In this document: positions 31,206 through 50,736 of the stretch, in pieces
Position numbering within the stretch: the first letter of the stretch is position 1
Layout of the letters: each line of letters starts with the position of its first letter
From: the human T2T-CHM13v2.0 reference genome, Homo sapiens
Reading direction: 5' to 3' (one strand)
DNA length: 64,000 nt
NCBI RefSeq assembly: GCF_009914755.1
Contig: NC_060927.1
Notes under the pieces: generated by a model
What the model was told of the DNA's origin: nothing
The model's input: only the letters and a program-made list of their open reading frames with translations
Databases searched by the model: none
Made by a program: the position numbers and the translations under genes

Positions 31206-31624
31206 TTCTGCGTCTCAGAGAGGTGTAAAGTTTTTATGTTAACATATCTTTCAGTACCATATTAGGTTACGTATTTTATCCTCAGTTTTTGATCTGACTA
31301 GGCAATTACAAACTTCTTTGGATATTAGTTAATCTGAAACTTTAGGTGTGTAAATATAGTTACTTAAATTCTCAAGCATCTTTGATATGCTTAGGTAGGC
31401 TGATCAAACAATAAACCAGAATTAATTCTAGGTGTGACATGGGAAGCCATTTTAACACTCTGTGGCTAGGTTTCTTCATTTGTAAAATTTGGGTTTTCAT
31501 ATAATATGCTTCCCAACCATAAATGGAAACTAAGCATGAATGTGATTACATAAGCCAAGATAATTAAACTCCTTTAAGAAACACTGTTATATAAAGTAGT
31601 ATTTGAATTGTAGACCATCTCCCT

Positions 31625-32002
31625 AAGGATTCTGCCTCACTTATAACCCAACTGTACGAGTACATGGACCATGGGCATAGGAACCTCTGGGATGCTTACA
31701 AAACATATGGTTATGGAATCTCTACTTTGCCCTACTCTATCAAAATCTTTGGAAGTTTGGCAACAGTATATGTGTTTTATGAATTCCTAGGTGATTCTTA
31801 CATTCTAGAATTTAGTTATCACTGCTCCTGAACAAGTCTTTGCTTCTCCAAACTACTAACACATTCAAATAACCTGGGAGCTTCAAAGAAGTTGAACCAA
31901 ATGAATCCAAATCTTGGGTGGGCATGGAGCCTGAGAATATGATATTGTTAAAGCTCATCAGCTGCCTCATGCCACCTATGCACTCAGACCTACAAACCAC
32001 TG
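31625..32002. mobile_element. Two adjacent MER5-like hAT DNA-transposon relics
   Basis: Motifs CCTAGGTGATTCTTA...ATCACTG and AATAACCTGGGAGCTT...AAACCACTG. Confidence 0.55.
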
Positions 32003-34001
32003 CCTGCCTTTGAGTTCATAGAAAGCCATAGAAGGGAAGTACATTCTTTCTGATTTCAATAATCTAGAAATGATATTGCATTGTTAATGATAAAAATGGT
32101 TATCTTTGCCAGGCTATTCTTTTCAACTTGTGAAAATATTAATGTTGAAATACATGTTCTGCCTCGACTGTCACAAAAGTAACTGTCCAGGAAGCTCCTG
32201 TGTTGATTTCCTTTTTAGCATTATAATGGAATACTCATGGTCTAACAAGATCATGTAATGGTAGGCTTGATTACATGACTTTAGGGGTTGTTTATATTTG
32301 CGTTTGTGGAGTTTCCTGGCCTGACAACATATGAACATACTCGGTAATGAAATGCTTGTATAAACCCTAATCTTCAGGTCCCAGGTATGCTCTTGAGGCT
32401 TAAATACTATTCATGAGTGATGCTATACAGCCCGTTAAATCTCCTCACTCTTTCCATATGGAAACACTTTGCTTAAAACTGTTCTCTAGGGACAGAGAAA
32501 AAAGAGAGGAAATTATTTATCAAATATGTTGGGATTTTTACAAGGACATGCTATATACTGTATACTCAAGTGACGATTCTGAATGGACTGTGATGACCAA
32601 AGACTTTAATTTTGTGATTTAGACTGACATTAACATCTTAACTTCCCGATTCAACAAATGGTAGTTTAGCAGTGCAATAAGGCTAGACGTCACACTTAAT
32701 GGTACTCTCAGAATATATTTTAGAGAAATGTATTTAGACCCTTTTATCCCTGAAAAATACTACTTTCTGCTCTTAACTTTGAAAATAAAAACAGTATGTC
32801 ATAAGATAAATACAGAAATGCACAATGTAAATGAGTGAAGCTGAAGAACCAGTGGAACAGAGATGTCTCTGAGTCATTCTGGTTAGCAAAAGCAATGGAT
32901 GCTTGAAAATAAAAACTGATGATTGATACAGAATAGTAAATATGGCATCACATGGAGAAATACTACTGCAGTTTCGGATAATTATCTTAGCTATAAAACT
33001 TTAAGAAACATGTCAGATCTCAAAATAATCCGAGGGAGGAAGGCTTTGCACACACTGAGGACAAATTAAATTTTCTTAGCCAACAGAAACTGGTCTGCTT
33101 TGGAGAAATCTGTGAAAGATGGATTCAGTGAGGAATGCTTTCATGAAGTTAGTATATCCTTTTAAATAGGAAAATCCTTGTAAATGATGGTGATGCTTCA
33201 AAAGCCAGACTGGAACCGAAGGGAGAGAATCCCATGAATTTGAAAGGTCCTGCTGATGGTGCTCACAAATAATGCTGTGGAGATGGTGACAGATAACAGT
33301 TTTATAGGTGAGGTGAAAATCCAGTGGTTGAGATTCTAACAGAGTATGTTTTATGTAACAACAGTAAAAACTAACTTTACAAACTGTATTGCACATTATA
33401 TTTACTATTTATGCAAAATATGCAATATAGTAAACAAGAGAAAACAGATACATGCACGTTTAGGCAATAGCGTGTTGCCAAACACTTGATGTTCATTTTT
33501 CTCCATTTTAATTACATCACATTGCTCCATGCCAGAGGATATTTGGTACTTGCCCTTTGAACTAATAAATCAGTGATTCTTGTGATGATCAGGAATCTTA
33601 TCTGCCTACCCCATTCTCAACTACCAAAATCTTTCCATAGTGATTATATTGGACTCATATTCCAATAGGACTACATTAGACACATAAACGTAACATCAAT
33701 TTGGTCATTATATTTTAAAACTGTACAACTCAAAAAGTGCTGGTCCATGATGAAATAAGGAGCTTGCCCTAGAAAATAAATTAATGTGCTGTTTTCTTCA
33801 TCAAAAAAAGTCTTTCCAAAAGAATGTCAGCTGAATCTAATAGTGTACTTTGTAATGAAATTGATTTACATTCTGAGGCAAGTTCCTTATTTCATCATGG
33901 ATCAGTAACAAACAGTTCATGAATTTGGCAGCCATCTGAGAATTAAATTTTGAGTAGCACTGCTAAATGTGTTCATTTACATACATGAATGAATCTTTAT
34001 A

Positions 34002-35531
<1,530 letters not shown>

Positions 35532-37416
35532 ATATCCTAGGTTTTTATAGCTATAATAACTTCTAAAAATTAGCACACGCCTTTTCTGGAAATGTATATT
35601 TGGAGAATATTACATACATATACCTATTTCAAGGACAGTGATTCAGTAAGAATTGGAAAGTAATGGTTGCAATTCATATTTTAATCAAAAATAAGCAAGG
35701 GATTATCTCCCACTTGGCTCAAGCACATTTAATTGTCTTGAAAACACTAAAAATTAAATTAGCCTTTTATCACAGATATCTCTACCATATTTTTGTAAGT
35801 GGAAACAACTTTTTCTCTTTTTCAGAAATTTCCTGCCGTTAATTATAATAGTAAGGAATTGAGTAAGGAATTTGTGATATGTGTCCTGTATTTCAGAGTG
35901 TCACCCTTTTATTCTGATCTTTGCATACACATATACATACATTTAAATACATAGAAACACAATTTCAAATCCTGATATCACTAGGGGTAAAAGTTGAGAG
36001 TAAATTAATGTGTGAGCTAATAATTTATGTGTAAGAAATTCCCTCACTATCCTATCTCCAAGAGCAAATTAATTTGGAAAATAATTGAGAGAATACACTG
36101 TAATTAGCCCAAGCATTTTGTTTTGTTCTTTCTCTATAAAAGGAAACAAATAGTTTGAATTGCATCACAGTGAATCACAGTCTACAGCTCTGGATTTCTA
36201 ATCCATCAGGAATAAAACCCTTTGGGGGTCTCTCACCAATATCACTTTCCCTTTCTCAAAGCATTTCTCCTACAATTCACTACATACAGTTGCACCTGCA
36301 TGGTATATTCACATTCACTGTTGGAACTGCCAAAAAGTGACTTGCAGTTACCATGTTTCTGTTAAAATTAGCTGGACTCTTTCTGTCTGTGAAACATCTG
36401 CTTTGAGTGATACTGTAGCAGCTGTGATGATCTAATAGTAAACTAAGCACTTCAGTATTCAATTGTACAAAAGGGGCTTTGAGGAGAATGATAAATGACC
36501 TAAATTAGATGATGATTTTTAAGTACCTAATTTTAACCTTGCCCATAATGAATGCTTTTTTTTTCTCAAGCTTCTTTGCACCTGTCGCTCTTGGAAAGCG
36601 AGTAAAATGTGGCTGCTTGTTTGGTTCAAGTTGCTTTCTCAACAGATTGTTAAGCAGTGCCTGAAATGGTGGGACTGACCAGCATGCTATGCTTTTTCAG
36701 ACCTCTCTTTTCTTTTGTTTCTTTCAATTTCCTATAGTCTTAAAGAGCAGAAACTTTCTCCAGAGATGCACATGTTCCACGGAAATAAATATTATATAAA
36801 ACTATATATCCTAAAAAACTTTTTTCATATTTTAACATATTTTATTTTTAGACATCAGTATTTTCTTTACTCTGCAGGACTTTACCTACAGAAAAGATAG
36901 TATTTTGATTTCACTTTTTATTTACATGTCTATGTGGCTAGATAAATATGTGCACTACACAACATGGTTGTTGAGAAGGTATTTATGCAACCCTTTAAAA
37001 TTATAACGGTAATTGATTTCTAGTCTCTTCAAAAGCAACTCCTTCCACCTCACCCATACTTTCCCTTTTGTATAGTCTAATTGGAAATAAAATATGAAAT
37101 CATTTTTACCTTCTTGTAAATATTGTAATAAGATTATCCAGCTTAAAATCTAATTTCAAAACAATGTAGCATTTCCTTTGTTCCTCACAGTAGGTTCACT
37201 AAAGTACCCTTCTCCCATGACAGGTAAAGGAAACAAAATTCGGATAGTTTAACTGCATGAACAAGATAAAGTCTAAACTGATGCAAAGGTTTGGTTTGCT
37301 TTTTATTCATTTTGTTATATGTTGTTTCTACTGCATACAACTGAAACAGGAAAGGGAGTTCTTTCATCATAGTTTCAACCATTGATCATCATGCTGTTCC
37401 TTCTATGTGTGAAAAA

Positions 37417-37849
37417 TGTAGGAGAGGCAAAACTTTATCCTCTTAGAGTCTCTGGTTAGGCCTGAGAATTAAATTGACACGAGAGAATAACAGGAAAAAA
37501 GCATACAAAATTTTAAATGTATATCAGAGCCCCATAAAAAAATGAAAGCCCAAAGAAGTGGCAAAATTTAAATTCTTATGTAGTAGATTGAACAAAGAGT
37601 GGCAATTATGGAAGACTAACTAAAATGTATGAAGAGGATAAAGGAAGATAAGAGTTACGTTAACAAGATCTATTTGTATGGATTCTTCTCAGCTGTGACT
37701 CCCCATCTGGTGATAAGAATGTTTCTTCTCTCCTGGTACAGGGAAGATAAAGTGTCCCTTTCATATCTGCTATTTTCCAAGAGTCTTTAGCTCAAAGTAA
37801 TCCTCATGCCAGGTTAGCATATTTGGGGTGCATATTCTACCACCCTTCA
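37417..37849 (-). mobile_element. ERV1 solo LTR, MER31-like
   Basis: TG...CA ends; the minus strand begins TGAAGGG..GAATATGCACCCCAAATATGC..TGGCATGAGGATTACTTTGAGCT. Confidence 0.7.
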
Positions 37850-38425
37850 AAAGGCATAAAGATATACCACCCTTTTATTTTTTAAATTAAATTACTTTTC
37901 CAAAATTACCAAAAATAATACTTCCACCTAAGAACTAGTAAACTAATGCAAAAGTATATGACGAAAGTTAATATATGCTCTCCCCAAACCTTTATCATTG
38001 CAATCTCTCTCCCTAATAGATCATTAATATGGTCTTTTCCCTACTCTAAAAGTATACATGTATATATACATATATATGTCCTTTTAGGAAAATGTATTAA
38101 TACAATAGACATTACTTGTTAACTTGATTTTCTCTCTTAGCAATATATCATTGGCACAACTCAGGTGATACCTAAATAACTCAACCTAAAACATGCTCTG
38201 TTTAGATAACAGCCTGCATTTATAACAATGGTGAAGGACATCCTCTGGTCTTCTGGTCCCTTGACCCCTTCACTCTGAATGTATTCTTGTGCTTCATTCT
38301 ATGTTATCAACCCAGGTCAGGACACCTAGAAGTCCCAGATATCTTCCAGGGAAAGAAACTTCTACAAATTACTTTACTTTTTCATATTTTCTTGCTTTTC
38401 ATGATTACCCAGTCAAAAGTATATA

Positions 38426-38758
38426 CAGATGCTCCTTAACTTATGATGGGGTTGTGTTCCAATAAACCCATTATAAGTTAAAAATATCATGAGTCAAAAA
38501 TGTGTTTAATATGCCTAACATACTGAACATCAAAGCTTAGCCTAGCCTACCTTAAATATGCTCAGAACATTTACATTAACCTACTGTGGGTCAAAACCTT
38601 CTAATACACAGCCTATTTTATAATAAAATGTTGAATATCTCATATAATGTATTGAATACTGTACTAAAAGTGAAAAACAGAATGGTTGTATGAGTACTTC
38701 AAGTATGATTTCCCATTGCTTTTACACCATTGTGAAGTTGAAAATAAGTTGGAGATTG
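38426..38758 (+). mobile_element. Tigger-family non-autonomous DNA transposon (MER47A-like)
   Basis: TA|CAGATGCTCCTTAACTTATGATGGGGTT...AGCTTAGCCTAGCCTACCTTAAA...TG|TA, with TA target sites. Confidence 0.85.
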
Positions 38759-39179
38759 TACTTCTGCTTTACCTTGACTTCTGGCATTTAGAGGACACCT
38801 TGTCTTACAGGTTGACTCAGTTCTGAGTACTTGTCTCCTGCTTTCCTCTTCCCCTTCACAGGCTTTCTTTCCTCAGAGTCTATCTAGTGTGTTCGAAGTG
38901 TCTGTGCCCATGATGGAGCTGAAAGTTACCTTAGAGCATGGAGGGGCATGTTTTCAGGGCAGCCTTGTCTCAAGAGGGTAGTGTGATATAGACAGATGTG
39001 TAGCCATTTTCTCAAAGACTAGCCTATTAGAAGGAACAAACACACACATAGAGGAAGGGAATCATCAACTGTCCCAACCTGACAACACCTGAAGCCAGTT
39101 TGGGAACAAATGAAACAACTCCAGAAGAGTAGAAATAGCTATTTGGGCTCAAGTAGCCGCAGATAGATTGACAATTCTT

Positions 39180-39830
39180 TGATGAGGAATTAGCAGAAAT
39201 AAGAAGACATCTATTTTGGTCTTTATTCCTGGATTCCTAACACACAGCTCCTAAAACCCTTGGAATGTCAGAAGTGGTAAGTGTCATTCTATAAGCTAAT
39301 GAGATGACTGATGACTAGGGGCTCCTGAGTATTCTCAGAATGGGAGCTGCATGTCAGGGAAAGATTTGAGAGTTGGAACTTCTGGCTTAACCCCAACTTC
39401 CAGGAAGGGAGAGGTGCTAAAGTTTAAGTTAATAACCCATGGCCTATGACTTAATCCATCATGCCTAAATCCATCATGCCTATGTAATGAAGACTCTATA
39501 AAAACTCAAAAGGACAAAATTCAGGGCTTCTGAGTCACCCTGCATGTGGAAGTGCTTGAAGAGCGGTGCACCCAGAGAGGACATGGAGGTTCTTGTACCT
39601 TCTCCTACACCTTGACCTATGCTTCTCTTTCATCTGGCTGTTCTTGAGTTGTGTCATTTTATAATATATGGATATATGGATAAAAATAGTGAAGTATTTC
39701 CCTGAAATCTGTGAGTCATTCTAGAAAATGACTGAACTCCAGGAAAGGGGATTGGGAACCCAGATTTACAACCAAGTCAGACAGAGTTGTGGGTAACCTG
39801 GGGACCTACCACTTGTGATTGATATCTGTA
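39180..39830 (+). mobile_element. MER21-like LTR
   Basis: ACAGCTCCTAAAACCCTTGGAAT...GCTAATGAGATGACT...CATGCCTATGTAATGAAG...CACCCAGAGAGGACATGGA. Confidence 0.8.
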
Positions 39831-39834
39831 ATGC

Positions 39835-40056
39835 AATCCACTGCAAATGCAAGCCTGCAACTGACCCTTATACTTCAACTGCATAAGATTTAGAGGGTAA
39901 AAGAAAATGATGCAAATGTGCTCGCATTGTTTACTGTGATATCAGGAATAAATCTTTTAGCTCTGATCCAGGAGTCTCATGTCTTCTGCTAGTGTCCATT
40001 AAATAGTAATAAGCTAACTTATTAGCTTATAACTACAGGAAAGTCCCATATTCAAC
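39835..40056 (+). mobile_element. ERVL-type LTR 3' end (MER68/MER77-like)
   Basis: AATAAATC...CTGATCCAGGAGTCTCATGTCTTCTGC...GCTAACTTATTAGCTT. Confidence 0.5.
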
Positions 40057-41054
40057 AACAATGATTTCTATAAACATATGCATACATACACAATCATATG
40101 TAAAACACATATAATCAATGATTATATTTTTAAGGTCTTGTTTTCTTGATTGCTTTTTATCTATCTTATGTTTTACCTCATCTAATGATAAAAGTACATA
40201 AAAAATGTATATTTAAAATGGCGTTTAATCAAATTGTCCTTGGATTTGGCTTTCAATATTTTATCGCTAGATTTTTTTAATCTACAATGGTCTATGAATC
40301 TATTATCTCTTTTGTGAGTGTATAATTTAATACTAAATAACAATCCATATTATCTTCCTCAACACTTTTTTGTCAAATTTTTTATCATTAATCTTTCCCC
40401 TCCAGAATTATTTTTGTTTGCATTCTCCTAGCATAATTTACTTTTATTTTAAAACTCCTCTTTTTACACTTACTTAAATGTGTTTCTTATAACAATTATT
40501 TTACTAGACTTTTAAAAATCAAGATTAATGGTCTCTATTTTTAGCATTCATGCTGAGTAAGTTATTTATATTATTACTTTATCATTTTTAAATTAATTTT
40601 ATCCTAACTTCCCTCCTATTTTAATATCAATTTTTTTTTTTTACATTTTGTGGCTTGATTAAATTTATTTTTATTGCTTTTTCCCATGTTAGTTTGGAAA
40701 TTTCTGCTAGCTTTTTATTTCTGCAAATGATTACATTTACATTTCCCATAATCATATCTAGAATGAAATTTTTCTAATAATTATTTGAAAATAAAATAAA
40801 AATACCTTTTCAATTAAGATTCTTTATTTACCTACTTCTTTCCAAACCTACTAGTAAAAAATCTTTATTTTCTTTCTCCATTTTGTCACCCTTCCCTCCC
40901 AAGTGTTCATCCTTAAAGGTTTAGCTAAGTCGATTCTCAATTCTAGGTTTTCGAGATTTATATTTAGAGTGTACTCTGATGTTTCAAAAATCTTTATCCT
41001 CAAAAGCAAAAAGTCTAGTCACATTATTATCATCCCTGTACATTTAACATTGAC

Positions 41055-41297
41055 GATGAGAACACATGGACACATGGTGGGGAACAATACAAACCGGGTC
41101 CTGTGGAGGGTTGGGGGTTGGGAATAGGGAGAGGATCAGGAAGAATAGCTAATGGATGCTGGGCTTAATACCTGGGTCATGGGATGATCTATGCAGCAAA
41201 CCACCATGGCATACGTTTACCTATGTAACAAAACTGCACATCCTGCACACGTATCCCGGAACTTAAAATTAAAGTTGGAAATTAAATAAATAAATAA
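41055..41297 (+). mobile_element. L1 3'UTR fragment (L1PA15/16-like)
   Basis: GATCAGGAAGAATAGCTAATGGATGCTGGGCTTAATACC...AAAGTTGGAA followed by (TAAA)n; degenerate TSD AT(T/G)TAACA(T/C)TGAC. Confidence 0.9.
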
Positions 41298-44200
41298 ATG
41301 TAACACTGACTATTCAAGTAAAATAGTCAAGGTTTACTATTGGCTACTAAATTTATGTTTGTTTAGAGTAATCCTTCAACTATTTTCCATAGATAAGGTG
41401 GTTTTTCTATTAATTTGTGCTCATCTTTCTTTTGCACTGTTTCATGAGTGATTTTTTTAAGCAAAAGCCAATATATTTAATGTTGAATCTGAAACTAGAT
41501 TCTATGGCTTCCTGTGGCACTTTGAACTGCACCTCAGTTTCTTCATTTGTAAATTGGGGAAAATAAAATGAGCTATCTCAAAGAGTTAATATGTAGCACA
41601 TGAAACACATTAAAAAATGCTTGCATATTTAAAACACATAGAATGTCAGCTTATCTTGACTAGGTATATAATTTTTTTAAGATAAATATTTTCTAACAGT
41701 AGTCTGCAGATATTGTACCATCATATAGTTTCCAAAGTCATAGAAGAGAATTATCATAATAAATTGATTCTTTTTTGAACTGTACTATTTCAAACACTCT
41801 ATTTTTATCTAGAATTCAGGATTTAAGAAGGGCTGTGGGTTTTTAAAATTATTCTTACCTTGGGTTTGGAAAGTCCTTAAGCATTACAGATCTATGTCTC
41901 TAAGACAGATATGCCTTGTATTATTTAAATAGATGAATCACATACAATTTTTCTGTTTAAATTCAAATGTACTTGGTGTGTATTTTTAATTATTACTTTG
42001 TCATTCATTTTTAATCTAATTTCTAATTGACTGGAAAATACAATCTGTGTTACATTGATTGTTTTAATGTTAATATTTCTCTATAGATTAGTATGGAATA
42101 TATATTATACATATTCTTTATATATTTATTAGGTCAAACTTATCTATTGTGCTTTAATGTCATCAAGGATTACTATTTAAAAATTTTTGATTACTAAATT
42201 TCTGATTTTCTTTATATTTAATGAATATATGATTTTTAGTCACAGATATATTTGGGATATATATTTTTTATTTTATTTTTATTTGGCACAGTAATTTTAC
42301 ATATTTATGACATAGTGAGATTTCAATACACATATACAATGTGCTATGATCAATTCAGGGTAATACCATATCCACCATCTCAAACATTTATCATTTTTTG
42401 TGCTTGGAACATTCAAAATCCTCTGTTAGATTTTTGAAAATACACAGTAAATTATTGTTAACTATATTCAGCCTATAGTCCTATAGAGCACTAGAAGTTA
42501 TTCCTCCTATCTAGCTATAACTTTGTATCCATTAACAAACTTCTCCCTATTCACCCTTCCCCTCTACACTTCCTCATCTCTAATAGCCACAATTCTACTC
42601 TATACTTATATGAGCTAAACTGTTTTTAGCTTTCACCTATGAGCAAGAACATGCATTATTGATCAAGCTGGGTCTGACTTATTTCGCTTAACATAATGTG
42701 TTCCAGGCTCATTCATGATGCCACAAATAAAAGGGTTTCATTCTCTCCTGGTGTTGGGTGCACACATATTTATAATTGTTATATCTTCTTGCTGAATTGA
42801 TATCTTTATATTTATAGAATGACCTTTTGTGTCTCTTTTTTACTAACTTAGTGTCTATTTTGTGTGATATAACTACTCATGTACACTTTTGGTTTTATTG
42901 GCATGAAATACAATTTTTCAACTCTTTGCTTTCAGCCAATGTGAGGTTTTACAGGTTTAGTGAGTTTGTAGTAAGTAGCATATAATATTGTGTTCTTTTT
43001 TAAATACATACAGCCAGTCTATAAATTTAATTAGGAAATTTAATTCATTTATATGCAAGGTTCCTATTGATAAATAAGAATTTTTAATCCTCTTATCTTT
43101 TTCATTGTTTTCTGATTGCTTTATATATCCATTTTCCTTTCTCCCTCTATTATCATTTATTTTTGTGGTTTGGTGGTCTTCTGTAGTAATCACATTTTAT
43201 TCATTTTCCTTTCTCATTTGTGTATCTGCTCCACCAGTGACTTTTATATTCTTGATATTCTTTTGTATTTTCAGGATAAATATTATCCTTCACTTCCAGA
43301 TGTAGGACTGCCCAAAGTATTTCTTGTAGGGCCAACCTAGTGTTAATAAATTTCCCCAGTTTTCGCTTGTCTGGAAAATACTTTATTTCTCCTTAATTTC
43401 TGAAGAATGAATAAATTCCTGGAAACAAACAACCTCCTACAACTGAACAGAAAGAAATTCAAACCCTAAACAGACCAATAACAAGTTTCAAAACTGAATC
43501 AGTAATAAAAAGCCCACCAATCAGAAAAATGCCAGGTCCAGATGGATTCACAGCCAAATGCTACAAGACATATAAAGAAGAGCTGGTATCGTTCCTACAG
43601 AAACTATTCCAAAAAACTGAGGAGGTGAGATTCATCCATAACTCTTTCTATGAGTCCAGCACCAGCCAGTTGTTAAACCCTGGCAAAGATATAACAAAAA
43701 AGAAAACTTCAGGCCAATATTCTTGATGAACATAGAGGCAAAAATCCTCAATAAAATACTAGCAAACTGAATCTTGCAGCCCATCAAAAGACTAATCCAC
43801 TATGATCAAGAGGGTTTTATACCTGGGATGCAAGGTTGGTTCAACATACATAAATCAATAAATGTTATTCACTACATAAATGGAACTAAAAACAAAAACT
43901 ACATGGTCATCTCAATAAATGCAGAAAAAGCTTTCAGTTAAATTCAACATGCTTTCATCTAAAAATCCTCAACAAACTAGGCATTGAAGAAACATACCTC
44001 AAAATAATAAAAAGCCATCTATAACAAAACCACAGCCAACAATCTGCTGAATGGGCAAAAGCTGGCATTCCCCTGGAGAACCAGAACAAGACAAGTATGT
44101 TGACTCATCTCTCCTATTCAACATAATACTGGAAGCCCTAGCCAGAGAAATTAGGTAAGAGAAAGAAATAAAAGACCTCCAGACAGAAAGAAAGGAAGTC

Positions 44201-44698
44201 AAACTATCTCCGTATGCAGATAATATGATTCCATACCTAGAAAACCCCAAAGTCTATACCCAAAATCTCCTAGATCTGACAGACAACTTCAGCAAAGTTT
44301 CAGTATACAAAATCAATGTACAAAAATCAGAAGTATTTTTATGTGCCAACATTTATCATTAAGATGGCTATACTGCACAAAGCCATTTGCAGATTCAATG
44401 CTATTCCTATCAAATTAAAACAACATTCTTCACAGAATTAGAAAAAAACTACTTTAAAATTCATATAGAACCAAAAAGACCCCATATAGCCAAGACAATC
44501 CTAAGCAAAAAGAACAAAGTTGGAAGCATCACGCCGCCCAACTTCAAACTGTACTACAAGTCTATAGTAACCAAAACAGCAAGGTACTAGTACAAAAACA
44601 AACACATAGTCCAATGGAACAGAATAGAGATCTCAGAAATAAGACTGCACATCTACAACCATTAGATCTTCAATAAACCTGACAAAAACAAACAATGA

Positions 44699-44797
<99 letters not shown>

Positions 44798-45332
44798 TAA
44801 GGATGGCTTAAAGACTTAAATGTAAAACCCCAAGCTATCAAAACCCTTGAAGAAAATGTAGGCAATACCATTCATGACATAGGCATGGGCAAAGGTTTCA
44901 TGACAAAAATGCCAAAACCTATTGCAACAAAAGCCAAAATTGACAAATGGGATCTAACTAAACTAAAGAGCTTCTGTGCAGCAAAACAAACTATCATCAG
45001 AGTGAGCTGACAAGCTACAGAATGGGAGAAAAATTTTGCAATCTATCCATCTGACAAAGGTCTAATATCCAGAATCTATAAGGAACTTCAATAAATTTAC
45101 AAGAAAGAACCAATTAAAAAGTGAGCGAAGGACAGGAACAGACACTTCTCAAAAGAAGACATTTATGCAGCCAACAAACATATGAAAAAAAGCTCAACAT
45201 CATTAATTATTAGAGAAATGCAAATCAAAACCACATTGAGATACCATCTCATGTCAGTCAGAATGGTGACTATTAAAAATTCAAGAAACAACAGACGCTG
45301 GCAATGCTGTGTGGAGAAGTAGAAATGCTTTT

Positions 45333-45594
45333 TTTTTTTTTTTTTTTTTAAATAATGCTTAAAATTTTAATCTTGTAAATATATTTCCCTTCTCAGTATG
45401 AAAATAATTCCGAGTATAATCTTTATTTACTTTCCCCTTTTTATTTTAGAAGAGTAAACATAGCTTTAAGAATTAAAAAAATCAGTTAATAATCTGACTT
45501 TTAAGTCAGCTGTAAAAATGTAAGTTTCTGGCTCTGCCACTTTTTAGTAGTGTGACTTTGGGCAAATTGCTCAAAAGCTCCAAATTCTTGTTTC
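45333..45594 (-). other. L1 3' transduction with a second poly(A) tail
   Basis: Non-L1 sequence 45350-45594 lies between two T-tracts and inside the TSD; ATTAAA on the minus strand at 45366-45371. Confidence 0.9.
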
Positions 45595-45831
45595 TTTTTT
45601 TTTTTTTTTTTAATTTTTTTTTTTTTATTATACTTTAAGTTTTAGGGTACATGTGCACATTGTACAGGTTAGTTACATATGTATACATGTGCCAGGCTGG
45701 TGCGCTGTACCCACTAACGTGTCATCTAGCATTAGGTATATCTCCCAATGCTATCCCTCCCCCCTCCCCCGACCCCACCACAGTCCCCAGAGTGTGATAT
45801 TCCCCTTCCTGTGTCCATGTGATCCCATTGT

Positions 45832-49684
<3,853 letters not shown>

Positions 49685-49720
49685 TTAGTTGATGCAGTTT
49701 CTTCCTAGTCTCGATGGTCT

Positions 49721-50736
49721 TTACATTTTGGCATGATTTTGCAGCGGCTGGTACCGGTTGTTCCTTTCCATGTTTAGCGCTTCCTTCAGGAGCTCTTTTA
49801 GGGCAGGCCTGGTGGTGACAAAATCTCTCAGCATTTGCTTGTCTATAAAGTATTTTATTTCTCCTTCACTTATGAAGCTTAGTTTGGCTGGATATGAAAT
49901 TCTGGGTTGAAAATTCTTTTCTTTAAGAATGTTGAATATTGGCCCACACTCTCTTCTGGCTTGTAGGGTTTCTGCCGAGAGATCCGCTGTTAGTCTGATG
50001 GGCTTTCCTTTGAGGGTAACCCGACCTTTCTCTCTGGCTGCCCTTAACATTTTTTCCTTCATTTCAACTTTGGTGAATCTGACAATTATGTGTCTTGGAG
50101 TTGCTCTTCCCGAGGAGTATCTTTGTGGCGTTTTCTGTATTTCCTGAATCTGAACGTTGGCCTGCCTTGCTAGATTGGGGAAGTTCTCCTGGATAATATC
50201 CTGCAGTGTTTTCCAACTTGGTTCCATTCTCCACATCACTTTCAGGTACACCAATCAGACGTAGATTTGGTCTTTTCACATAGTCCCATATTTCTTGGAG
50301 GCTTTGCTCATTTTCTTTTTATTCTTTTTTCTCTAAACTTCCCTTCTCGCTTCATTTCATTCATTTCATCTTCCATTGCTGATACCCTTTCTTCCAGTTG
50401 ATCGCATCGGCTCCTGAGGCTTCTGCATTCTTCACGTAGTTCTCGAGCCTTGGTTTTCAGCTCCATCAGCTCCTTTAAGCACTTCTCTGTATTGGTTATT
50501 CTAGTTATACATTCTTCTAAATTTTTTTCAAAGTTTTCAACTTCTTTGCCTTTGGTTTGAATGTCCTCCCGTAGCTCAGAGTAATTTGATCGTCTGAAGC
50601 CTTCTTCTCTCAGCTCGTCAAAATCATTCTCCATCCAGCTTTGTTCCGTTGCTGGTGAGGAACTGCGTTCCTTTGGAGGAGGAGAGGCACTCTGCGTTTT
50701 AGAGTTTCCAGTTTTTCTGTTCTGGTTTTTCCCCAT
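49721..50736 (-). pseudogene. L1 ORF1, frameshifted (~50310 and ~50205)
   Basis: MGKNQNRKTGNSKTQSASPPPKERSSSP..., continued in other frames to YQPLQNHAKM. Confidence 0.95.

Noticed and set aside
33076-33396. 106-aa minus-strand ORF and a possible + strand exon (TTTTCTTAG…AG|GTGAGG)
   Set aside because: No recognisable protein motif, and splice signals alone are insufficient.
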